NCBI GenBank assembly: GCA_963719315.1
Contig: CAVRBU010000002.1
Coordinates: 256,001 to 320,000 of the forward strand
Source: an uncultured Planctomycetota bacterium
Lineage (GTDB): Bacteria > Planctomycetota > Planctomycetia > Pirellulales > Lacipirellulaceae
Length of the DNA stretch: 64,000 nt
Reading direction: 5' to 3'
This document shows, one piece after another, positions 18,286 to 28,047 of this stretch (position 1 is its first letter; each line of letters starts with the position of its first letter). The notes below the pieces were generated by a model that was not told the origin of the DNA, did not search any database, and was given only the letters and a program-made list of their open reading frames with translations. A program made the position numbers and the translations under genes.

Positions 18286-21200
18286 CTACTTTTTTAACGG
18301 CGGAACGGGGTCTTCGGTCGTCGAAGCTGGTTTCACCGCTTCATCCTTCTTCGCGCCGAAGCCGCTGAAGAGGCCGCCGAGGTTGGGTAGGCTGAGGCCG
18401 CCGCCGGCGCCTTCGGGGTCTTCGGGTGGGCCGACTTCGATGTGGACCATGTCGAGTTGGGCGTTGAGCCAGAGTTCGTCGTTCACGCGAGCAACGTCGG
18501 CGTTGAGGCCGCGGAACCAGTTCATGAGTGGCATCTGATAGTCGGCCGGGATAACGGTGAGGAGGAATCGGTTTTCGGGGGGCGGGGCGGTGGAGACCCA
18601 GAGCTTGCGGGGTGAGGCCCCGCCCGCTGAAGCGGGCTCGCCGGGGGCGGGCAGTTGCTCGGCGGGGTTTACGGTCGCTGAAGCGACCGCGCCGTCGGCG
18701 GTAGCGGGGAGAGCGCTCGGATCGATGAGGACGTATTTGCCGCCAAGGGGGCAGGCGAATTTGCCGGCGACCAGGTCTTCGCCGAGGACGCGGGCGTTTT
18801 CGGGCGGCACATGGAGTTGCGTGGTGAGGGAGTTCATGAAGTGGCTCGCGCTCGCCGAGGTGTCGCGGGCGCGCATGTAGCCGAAACCATTGACGCCGGT
18901 GGCGATTTGCTTGTTCGTGAGATCGTCGATGTGAAGGCGAATCTGCGCGGGGTGTTCGGCTTCGACCATCGCAAGTTGACGGCCGACGTCGAGCAGCACG
19001 TCGCGCTTGAACGAGAATAGAAAGAAGTCGTCGGCGCGACGGAACCAGAGGTCGAACAGGCCACCGATGCCGCCGGTGCGGGCGACGCCGTCGGCGTCGA
19101 GCGGGCCGGAGGGGCGGCCGAGAAATTGATCGAGCAGGTGCGGCCGCGGCCAGCCGCCGACGTACGCGCGGATGGAGTCGGTGATATTCGTGCTGGTTTG
19201 AACCTGGCCTTGGCGAACGATGAGCGGCGTATTGAAATCGCGAATGCCGCCGAACAGGTGGACGGGATCGCCCAAAGCACCGAGCACGATTTCGAGCGAG
19301 ACGGCGTCACCGGCGATGGGGGCCACGCGGTTGGCTTGCGCTTCACCAAGCATGGCGGGCCACTTGGCCACGGGCATTTGTGAATAGCGAGCGACTCGGA
19401 CATCGGCCGTGATGCGGTCCCAACCTTTTTGGGCCGGCGATTCGGTTCGCTTGAGCGCGGCACATACCGGTGCGAAGCTGCCGACGGAGGCTTGCAGGTC
19501 TTGCTGGAATTTGGCCAAGCGGCGGGCTTCGGCTGGGGTGATGCGGTCGACCACCATGTCCGGGATGGGTGTCATCCAGCCGGCTTCGCCGCGGAGGGAG
19601 TCGCGGAAGGCAGGGGCGGAGGACAAGGCACCCTCACCCTGCCCTCTCCCGGAGGGAGAGGATTCTAGTTTGCTGCCGTCGAAGCGTTGGCCGAAGCCTA
19701 GCGGCAATAGCTCGGCGGCGATCAAATCATTCATTGAGTTGGCGGGTTGGCCTTCTGCGGCGGCGGCGAGACGAGCCAGTTTGATGGCCCGCATTTCGCC
19801 AATAGAGCGCAACCGCCGATCTAGTTCGACGCGGTAGTGCGGGCTGGCGAGATTCTGCAGAAACGCGGCTGGCGCGAAGAGGAAAATAGTGTCTTCGCGC
19901 GCAGCGGCATCGCCTCGCGGCAATCCTGAAAGTCGCTGGTGGCAGCGAGTGGGTGATCACCGGCCCCGGCTTGATAGAATCGCTCGACCAACTTGCGGCT
20001 GTTGGCAACGAGGTGATAATCGCCATCGAGCGCATAATACGAGCGCAGCCGGCCGTCGGGGGTGTGGATGTACGATACGTCGTGCCCCGCGATTTGGACC
20101 GTTTCCTCGACGGCGTCCGCGTGCTTTGATTTCGCATCCTGGCGCTGGCCGCTGAGATTGTTTCCCAGCAGCAGGTTGTTATTCGCTTGAAACAGGATGC
20201 CCATCGTCGCGCCGTCGCGGAGGTAAGCGTCCATGCCGATAATGGCGACGTCCTTCACGACGGTCGGGCCCATGACGCGGGCGATCTTTGTTTCGCCGAC
20301 GGAGATTTGCTGTTGGAATCGCTCGCTGATATTGCGGTCCACGCTTTCCACCACGAGCATGTTGCCGAGGTCACCCTGCCAGTGACGCATGAAGTCGCGA
20401 TACCAGAGGTAATTCGTGAAATTGCCGAATCGCAAATAGAAACATTCTTGGGGAACGTGCGCGGCGAGTGGTTCAATGGAGGTGGGGAGTGCGGAAGGGG
20501 GAGCGGGGAGATCGGAGCTTTCGGGAGCGGGGGCAACGTGTTCTTTGGCACTTGTCCCGCCCGCTGAAACGGGCTCGCCGAGCGTACTTGTGGGCAGCGG
20601 GACCATGCCGGTGTCGGTGGAGTTGAGGGGGCCGGCGAGTAGCTCACGTTCGACTTGCGTTTGATAGGACTCGTTGGCCATAAGCTGCGACATCCACGGC
20701 GCGCCGATGCCGAAGCGTTGGAACAGGTAGCGCTTCGGCTCGGGCATCTGGCGATTGAGCCGGCGGGCCCACGTGGCCGTCAAATAGTTTTCCACGAGCA
20801 CCGGGTACGCGGCCTGGCGAAAAACCTGCTCGTAGCGGGCGGACGTGGCTTCCCACCAATCGTTGAGTAATTTGTTGAATTCGTTCGCGTTATCTTCGGG
20901 GCGGACAGTGATGTTTTGCGGTGTGGGTGTGTAGGCAACGAGTTCGAGCGGTTCGTCGCCGCGGAACATGAAGAAGTACGTGATTTGGAGCGGCGTCTCG
21001 ATGCCGAGGAAATCGCGGAGCATGCGCCGCGCCGAGCTGTTCCTCATCGCGGGATAAAGAACCCGATCGTTCGCTTCGGACAGAATGAAGCGGTCGTCGC
21101 TCGCGGGCGCGGGGGACTGCGCCGGGCTGCAGATCGATGGTGACGCGGCCGATTCCGAAGGGCTGGCCGCGATAGGCTTCGACGCGGACGGCGGCGGCAC

Positions 21201-21327
21201 AAGGCGTCGCTACGGCAAGAATTGCGATTGCAATTTGCAAAATGCAAATTGAGAATTGCAAATATCGGGCATACTGCGGTGTGCTCGCTGCGCGGCTTTT
21301 GTGGATAGATAGCGGGGCGGGTGTCAT
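18286..21327 (-). CDS. Large (~1000 aa) secreted hypothetical protein, split by two frameshifts
   Basis: ORFs 20890-21375 (signal peptide, VRVEAYRGQPFGIG), 19821-21200 and 18286-19923 join at about 21120 and 19900 with continuous coding bias. Confidence 0.7.
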
Positions 21328-21644
21328 AGCGAAATGCTCCGAGGGGAGAGGGCGCGTAAGGCCTCGTATGCCCATGCTATACGGCCTTCAACGCCGGTGA
21401 CAAGTAATTGCCAAGATCGGTCGAAATACTCGCAATTCGGGCGGTCTTGAGACGAACAACGATCGCGGACTTCGAGAGCAAGGTCGATTCATGGATGAGG
21501 GCCGTTTTCAGCGGTGCGCGCGGCGCAATTGTTGGCCAACCGCTTTCCGCAATTGTCGCACTATGCGACAATCGGGGGGCACGACGAACCGTTGCGCAAA
21601 GGACTTTTCACTCGCCAGGACAGTCTAGAGGCCGACGCAGACCC

Positions 21645-21884
21645 ATGCTTGTACCGCGCTTTTCAATTCGCACGCTGCTCGTGATGCTGACTCTCGGGGC
21701 GGTCGCGTTTTTGATCGTGGGAATGGCGTTTCGCGGGCAACATTGGGCTTGGGGGGCGAGCATCGGGCTCTTCAGTCTGCTCGTGACGGCCCTGGTTCAC
21801 GCCGCTTGGTTCGGCGTGATCTGGCTGTTTTCCCACCTGACGCCGGCACGGAACATCGATCAACAACGCGTAGGCGAACGATGA
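21645..21884 (+). CDS. Small membrane protein with planctomycete RFSIRTLL N-terminus
   Basis: MLVPRFSIRTLLVMLT, two TM segments, ATGA overlap with the next gene. Confidence 0.7.
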   Translation: MLVPRFSIRTLLVMLTLGAVAFLIVGMAFRGQHWAWGASIGLFSLLVTALVHAAWFGVIWLFSHLTPARNIDQQRVGER

Positions 21885-24310
21885 TGGCGAGTTGCATTAT
21901 TCAAGTTAGACAAGACAGTTGCCGAATCGATGGCCGCTTCGCGGTGATGCTCGCATTCGCGCTGATGTGCGCCTCCGTGGCAAACGTTGCCGTCGCACAA
22001 GGGCGGCGGTCCGGCAAGAGTCCAACGGCGGCGGCGCCCGTGGCGCAATTCAACGGCAACAAGATTCAGCTACCGACCAAGCGCCCGGTATCGCGGACCA
22101 GTGGTATGACCCTCTCGGTCGATCCGCGCTGGACGAACAGCTACGGCTACCGGCCGGTGGAAGTGACCATTTCGTCGCCCAAGGCTACGAAGGCCGATCA
22201 TTTGATCACGATCCAGTTGCACACGGGCTGGAAGCGCAGCATTAGCGCAGAGCAGGATTTCGAATTCTCAGCAGGCAGCACGAGTGCTACGACTACCATC
22301 GCCCTGCCCACCTACCAGGCGAACATGAACAACTACTTCTGGTGGGATGTCTGGGTCGACGGCCTCAAAGACAAGGATCTGTCGATCGACCGTGTGTCTT
22401 CCTTGTCGTGGATGGGCAGTCCGAACGGGAACGCCGCCAGTTTGACATTTCTCGTTGCGGGTTCGAGTTCGAGTCACCGTTCGTTGGTGGCCACGAACGC
22501 GATGGAGTTTGAGGTATTGGCGCTCGAACTCGCGAAGTTTCCGACGCGGTGGATCGACTACACGACGCTCGATGTCGTGTCGCTGTCGCTCCCCGAGGCC
22601 CAACAGTTGGCGCAACAGCAACCGGCGGCGTTCGAAGCCATCGGCCGGTGGGTTCGAGCAGGTGGACAACTGTGGATCAGCGAAGTTGGCGATGAGTTCG
22701 AAAATCTACCGGCGGTTTCCAAGTTTTTCAAGCTTTCTGAAAACCTCGAAGGGAGTGACGTTGATCTCACCACGGGCGACAGATCAGAAAAGTCGGACAG
22801 CACACACAGCGATGAGAAAGCGGCTGGCAAAGACACGAAATCCGACAGCCAGGTGGCGAGCGAGACCGATGCACTCCATGTTGCAAACGGCTGGCATCGA
22901 CTTCGCTTCCGACGAGGTGTTCCGGAAGGACAGGTCGTCACGTTCCTGGATACACGAACCGGGACCCGCCGAACGATTCGCGATCCGGAAGTGATCGCCC
23001 GCTTGCGGCAGGATCCAAACTTCGTTGCCACCGAGGAACGAACGGACTCGACGGGTGCAATGTTCGGGCCGGAGCGAAAGTTTCCCCCCGATTCGAGCGC
23101 CTGGTTTGTCCAGCAACAAATGGGGCTGGGCACGGTGCGGGCGTTTCGCGGCTGGAATGAAGTGGCAGACTTTGCGCAATCGCCGCCGACACCGAATCCG
23201 AACGCGGTCGCCAATTCCGATGCTCCCGACGAACTTCCGAGGGCGCTGGCCATGGGATTGCGGCGGACCGAGCGCTGGGACGCACGGCACGGCATGACGC
23301 CGGACAGCGCCAACGTGGAATTCGTCAAGTTCCTGGTTCCCGGCGTCGGTCTCGCGCCGGTCACCGAGTTCGAAATCCTGATAACGGTGTTCGTGTTGAT
23401 CATCGGACCGTTGAATTATTGGGCATTGAAGCGATTCAAGCGGTTGCATTTGATGGTGCTAACAGTTCCGTTGGCAGCCACGCTAACGACGTTGGCCCTG
23501 TTCGGGTACGCGATCGTGGCGGATGGGTTTGCGACGCGAGTTCGCGCTCAAAGCTACACCACGCTGGACCAGAAAACGGGCGAAGCCGCGTGTTGGACGC
23601 GATTGTCGTATTACTCCGGTTTGGCGCCTGGCAAGGGGCTCACGATGCCGGCGGATATGGTTCTATATCCCATTCAGCCAGGTTGGGCGGATAACGTCAA
23701 TATCTCCGAGGAGCGTGCGGTCGCCTGGAACGCCGGAGAAGCCCGACTGACGCGCGGCTGGCTGAATTCGCGAACGCCGACGCAGTATCTTACAGTGCGA
23801 TCGCGAAAATCACCCCATCGACTGGAAGTGTTGGATGGCGGCGACAAGGTTCGCGTTACGAATCAACTCGGGAGCAAGATCGAATCGCTGGTGGTTGTCA
23901 ACCAATCGGGCATTTTGTTTTTCGGTGAGGACATTGCCGATACGGCAACCGCGATGTTGCAACCCATCGAGCGGAAGGATGCCATCCGCCGCATCAGCAG
24001 GCTGATTTCGGATAGTCTGCCCCAGGCGCCGCCCGCGTTGGCTACGAATGATGCGGAACTGATGAGCTTGGTCGGACGCTCGCGTTACCGGCGGTACACC
24101 CGCTATGGCGTTCAATACAACGCCGCGCGATTGTCCGACAACTTGGCAGGCGATGCGATTGCGAATCTGGCCGGGTTGGCCGGCCAGCCGGCACTGGAAC
24201 TGCCGCCGCGGTCTTATGTGGCCATCACCGAGACGGGGCCGGAGGTCGAGACCGGCATATCGTACGCCAAGGAAGAGGACAGTTTTCATCTGATTGAAGG
24301 GAAGTGGTAG
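21881..24310 (+). CDS. Large membrane-anchored ABC-associated protein
   Basis: Signal-like N-terminus, internal TM pair (FVLIIGPLNYW...TVP), directly upstream of the ABC ATPase. Confidence 0.75.
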   Translation: MMASCIIQVRQDSCRIDGRFAVMLAFALMCASVANVAVAQGRRSGKSPTAAAPVAQFNGNKIQLPTKRPVSRTSGMTLSVDPRWTNSYGYRPVEVTISSPKATKADHLITIQLHTGWKRSISAEQDFEFSAGSTSATTTIALPTYQANMNNYFWWDVWVDGLKDKDLSIDRVSSLSWMGSPNGNAASLTFLVAGSSSSHRSLVATNAMEFEVLALELAKFPTRWIDYTTLDVVSLSLPEAQQLAQQQPAAFEAIGRWVRAGGQLWISEVGDEFENLPAVSKFFKLSENLEGSDVDLTTGDRSEKSDSTHSDEKAAGKDTKSDSQVASETDALHVANGWHRLRFRRGVPEGQVVTFLDTRTGTRRTIRDPEVIARLRQDPNFVATEERTDSTGAMFGPERKFPPDSSAWFVQQQMGLGTVRAFRGWNEVADFAQSPPTPNPNAVANSDAPDELPRALAMGLRRTERWDARHGMTPDSANVEFVKFLVPGVGLAPVTEFEILITVFVLIIGPLNYWALKRFKRLHLMVLTVPLAATLTTLALFGYAIVADGFATRVRAQSYTTLDQKTGEAACWTRLSYYSGLAPGKGLTMPADMVLYPIQPGWADNVNISEERAVAWNAGEARLTRGWLNSRTPTQYLTVRSRKSPHRLEVLDGGDKVRVTNQLGSKIESLVVVNQSGILFFGEDIADTATAMLQPIERKDAIRRISRLISDSLPQAPPALATNDAELMSLVGRSRYRRYTRYGVQYNAARLSDNLAGDAIANLAGLAGQPALELPPRSYVAITETGPEVETGISYAKEEDSFHLIEGKW

Positions 24311-24319
24311 ACGGAATTC

Positions 24320-25267
24320 ATGATTCACACGGCCACGCCACAAATCGAGCTGCGTCGCTTGCACCGTGTGTTCGATCAAACGCACGCGGTAAACGATGTT
24401 TCGTTCGAGGTGTACGCGGGCGAAGTGTTCGGATACATCGGGCCGAATGGCGCCGGCAAGACCACGAGCATGCGGATTCTCGCAACGCTCGACGAGCCGA
24501 CGGCGGGCGATGCGTTCATCGATGGATTTTCGGTCGTCGATGATCCGGACCGGGTCCGCCGCCGGCTGGGTTTTATGCCGGATTACTTCGGCACGTATCA
24601 AAACGTCAACGTCTTCGAATACTTGGATTTTTTCGCCCGGGCCTACGGGCTCGTGGGGAAGGAGCGGCTGAGCGCGATCGGCGAAGTGATGGAATTCACG
24701 CTTCTCAAGTCACTCGCACAAAAGCCGATCGACGGCCTTTCCAAGGGCATGAAGCAACGGTTGTGCCTCGGTCGCACGATGATTCACAACCCGTCTGTCC
24801 TCATACTCGATGAACCGGCGGCTGGGCTCGATCCGCGAGCCCGGATCGAGCTGCGCGAGATGATCGAACGATTGGCCGCGGCCGGCAAGGCGATTCTCAT
24901 CAGTTCGCACATTCTCACGGAGTTGGCCGAGATCAGCCATCGCGTGGCGATTATTGAGCAGGGCCGGTTGCTGGCCGTGGGCTCGGTCGCGGAAATTAGC
25001 GCGGTGGGGCAATCGCGCAGTACCGTTCACGTGCGCGTGCTGGATGGCGCGGAGCGGCTGCAAAACTGGCTAGCGGCGCGGAACGACATCTTCGATGTGA
25101 AGCTGGCCGGCGACCTGGCCGTCTTCGCGCATGCGGGCAACCGTGAATCCGAAGCCGGGCTGTTGAAGGAGATCATCGAGGCCGGGTATGCGGTCATTGA
25201 ATTCGGCGCTCAGCACAAGAGTTTGGAAGATGTCTTCTTGCACGTGACGGAGGGCCGTGTGCAGTGA
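24320..25267 (+). CDS. ABC transporter ATP-binding protein (ABC-2/export type)
   Basis: GPNGAGKTT, LSKGMKQR, LDEPAAGLDP, SSH. Confidence 0.95.
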   Translation: MIHTATPQIELRRLHRVFDQTHAVNDVSFEVYAGEVFGYIGPNGAGKTTSMRILATLDEPTAGDAFIDGFSVVDDPDRVRRRLGFMPDYFGTYQNVNVFEYLDFFARAYGLVGKERLSAIGEVMEFTLLKSLAQKPIDGLSKGMKQRLCLGRTMIHNPSVLILDEPAAGLDPRARIELREMIERLAAAGKAILISSHILTELAEISHRVAIIEQGRLLAVGSVAEISAVGQSRSTVHVRVLDGAERLQNWLAARNDIFDVKLAGDLAVFAHAGNRESEAGLLKEIIEAGYAVIEFGAQHKSLEDVFLHVTEGRVQ

Positions 25268-25269
25268 CA

Positions 25270-26965
25270 ATGGACGCAACCACACTCGAGGATTCAGGCA
25301 AATCGGCGACGCCCCTGCCCGATCCGGTCGATAGTTCGAGCGAGCAAACGCTGAGCCCCATCCGCGCGGGCCGAGTCGATGTGGCAGGCAGTCGACCGCT
25401 TCCTCGTCTACACCGGCGATTGGCTCAATCCGATTCTTGTCAAAGAGACGCGGCAGGCGCTCAAAAGTTCGCAATTCACGATCACGTTCGTATTGGTGCT
25501 CGTCGCGTGTTGGATCGCGACGATAGGCGTGGTGGTGTATATCGGGCCGCGGATTTACTATGCGGCTGACGGCGGCACGCTGCTCGCCTGGTACTTTGCG
25601 ATTCTGGCATTACCGTTGATTGTCGTCGTGCCTCTGGCGGCGTTTCGGTCACTGACGGCCGAGCGCGAAGACAATACCTACGATCTTCTCTCGATCACAT
25701 CGCTGAAACCGTGGCAAATCATTAGCGGCAAGCTGGGTAGCTCGATCGCCCAGATGGCCGTGTACTTCTCGGCGATCACACCGTGCCTGGCGTTCACCTA
25801 TTTGCTGCGCGGCGTCGACCTGCCGACGATCGCGGTGCTGTTGACCTACGCCTTCTTCTGGTCGCTGGGCCTGTCGATGATCGGCATCCTGTTGGCAACG
25901 CTCACGCCACAGCGGTTCGTTCAGGTGTTCATTCTGGTGGTGTTCGTGGCGGTACTCTTCGGGATGTTGTTCGGGGCGATCGAGATGAGCATCGTCGCGG
26001 CATTTTACGGGCGGGCTGCGATCTGGGGCGTGGGCGGCGAGTTTTGGATTCTTACTTCGGCGCTGGCGACGTTTTACATTACGTTTTTTGCTCTCGCATT
26101 CTTTGCCGCGGCTGGAATGATCACGTTTACGAGCGAAAACCGCTCGACGCCGCTGCGGATTTGCATGCTCGTGCAGCAAGCCGCGTTTGTCGGCTGGATG
26201 GCGTACTTCTGGATCCTCAGCGATTACAACGACGATGGATTGTTCGCGACATTGGTTGTGGCGGGAGCGTATTGGTATATCATGGGTACGCTGTTAACGG
26301 CGGAGCGTCCCGGCATGTCTCAGCGCGTAAGGCGGCGGTTGCCGCAGAGCTTCTTTGGCCGGATGTTCTTTTCCTGGCTCAATCCAGGCCCGGCAACCGG
26401 TTATATGTTTGCCGTTGCCAATGCGACGTTGATCGCCATACTTCTGTTCTTGGCCGCCGCAACCACGACGCTTTGGCCCATTGGTTCTACCAGCGGCTCA
26501 AACCACGTGACCGAGCTGCTGTATATGATCGTCATCGGCTGGGGATATTTTGTGGCTTACCTGGGCATTGGTCTGATCATGGTGAGCGCCCTGCGCCGAA
26601 TCGCCACGGTGACCATGCTCGCCAGCGTGCTAATCAACTTCCTGCTGCTCTTGGCGGGGTTCGGAATTCCTTACGCCATCAAGTCGATGTCGCTCCAAAT
26701 GCGAGATGCGGACTATTCGTTTCTGCAGATCACCGATCCGTTCTGCACGTTGTACTACGTGTCAGACACCGGCACGTACACCGACGCCAACGTGATCGGC
26801 TTGATCGTGCCATGTGTGGCCATTTGCGTATTGCTCATCAATATGCCGCGCGTGATTCGTGAGCTGCGCGTGGTTCGCGAATCGGCGCCGGCCCGCGTGA
26901 TTCAAGACGAGGCAGAGCTGCATCCGCCGCCAGAATCGCTGCCGCAGAGTCCGTGGGACGAGTGA
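25270..26965 (+). CDS. ABC-2-type permease (N-terminal frameshift at about 25360)
   Basis: NPILVKETRQ, EREDNTYDLLSIT.L...II.GKL; many TM helices. Confidence 0.85.
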
Positions 26966-26988
26966 GGGTTCAGGGTTTAGGGTTCAGG
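26965..26988. repeat. Heptamer array (AGGGTTC)n, left flank of the four-helix-bundle gene
   Basis: AGGGTTC AGGGTTT AGGGTTC AGG. Confidence 0.75.
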
Positions 26989-27010
26989 AAAGTCAATAGG
27001 AACGTGTTCG

Positions 27011-27430
27011 ATGGCTCAGTTCATGCGGGTCGAGGACTTGATTGTGTATCAGCGGTTTTGCGATTTGCATCTGGAAGTTTGCGCATTAACCAAGTCGTGG
27101 CCGGTCGACGAGAAGTATGAGTTGGGTTCGCAGGTTCGTCGGTCATCGAACAGTGCTGCTGCACAGATTGCGGAAAAGCACAGCGATCGCCACATAAGGA
27201 ATAAGATTGAGGGAACGAACCGAGCCCGAGGTGAGGCCTTGGAAACTGTACATCACCTCTACATTGCCACGAGAAAGAAATACATCTTGCAGAGTGACTT
27301 TGAATCCTATCGTTCGCGGTATCACGAATGCGTCAGAAAGCTCAACGGATTGGAGCGAAAACTCGAGAACCAGCTTGCACCGGATGCTCGTCGTTTTCCA
27401 GAACAGGATGCAAAATCAGCGTTTAGATGA
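27011..27430 (+). CDS. Four helix bundle protein (23S rRNA IVP/Avd-like family)
   Basis: EDLIVYQ...P.DEKYELGSQVRRSSNS..A.IAE...ARGE..ET; visibly more AT-rich than neighbours. Confidence 0.9.
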   Translation: MAQFMRVEDLIVYQRFCDLHLEVCALTKSWPVDEKYELGSQVRRSSNSAAAQIAEKHSDRHIRNKIEGTNRARGEALETVHHLYIATRKKYILQSDFESYRSRYHECVRKLNGLERKLENQLAPDARRFPEQDAKSAFR

Positions 27431-27441
27431 CTGCTCCCGAT

Positions 27442-27465
27442 CCCTGAACCCTATACCCTGAACCC
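27442..27465. repeat. Heptamer array (CCCTGAA)n, right flank, inverted relative to the left
   Basis: CCCTGAA CCCTATA CCCTGAA CCC. Confidence 0.75.
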
Positions 27466-27945
27466 CTAATCAAGCGTTGCGGTCCAGCGATTGCGGCCGC
27501 GTTGCAATACTACGCTTGGCGGCTGAATTGAGATGACACGGACACCGTACTTCTCGCCGCCTTCGGGAACGGGCGAGATTACGCCGTCGATCGACAGTAC
27601 AGCACGGGGTTGATCGACGTTGATGAATCCCTTCAACTCGACCGTTTCGCCATGCTCATCGTCGCGGCGAACGGTGCTCTGAGCGCGCTTGGGAGCTTCG
27701 AACAGATCGAGTCGATCTGGAAACGGCGGCGTGAACACCGCGACCGTTGCCTTCGACACTTTCAAGTTTGCGAGATCGGGCGCCGGGGGAGCATTCTCAT
27801 TGGGCTCAGCTGGCGTCGCTACGGTCAGTGCCGGGGTGACGACGGCCGCAGCGCTTTCGGGTGTTGGTTCGACTTCGTGGTGGCAGCCAGTCACGAAGAC
27901 ACTCAGGATGAGCGGCAGAATGTATCGGCGCGTAAATAGGATCAT
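27466..27945 (-). CDS. PilP/GspC-like lipoprotein
   Basis: Lipobox FVTGC, Pro-rich linker, LKGFI....AVL.IDG....V..G..YGVRV..I....VVL beta domain; last gene of the pilus cluster. Confidence 0.6.
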   Translation of the reverse strand: MILFTRRYILPLILSVFVTGCHHEVEPTPESAAAVVTPALTVATPAEPNENAPPAPDLANLKVSKATVAVFTPPFPDRLDLFEAPKRAQSTVRRDDEHGETVELKGFINVDQPRAVLSIDGVISPVPEGGEKYGVRVISIQPPSVVLQRGRNRWTATLD

Positions 27946-28047
27946 GGGAGCAAGCCTCTCGTTAAAGTTAGCTTGCTATTGGGCTGGAGAGATGTGCATG
28001 TCAGGCTTACGCCTGACCTACCGAATGTGCTGCCTGTAGCGATCAGA

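Noticed and set aside
27011..27430. Diversity-generating retroelement, given the Avd-like gene here and the FGE-type (C-type lectin fold) gene at 47753-48819
   Set aside because: No reverse transcriptase and no TR/VR pair with adenine-specific mismatches in the window.
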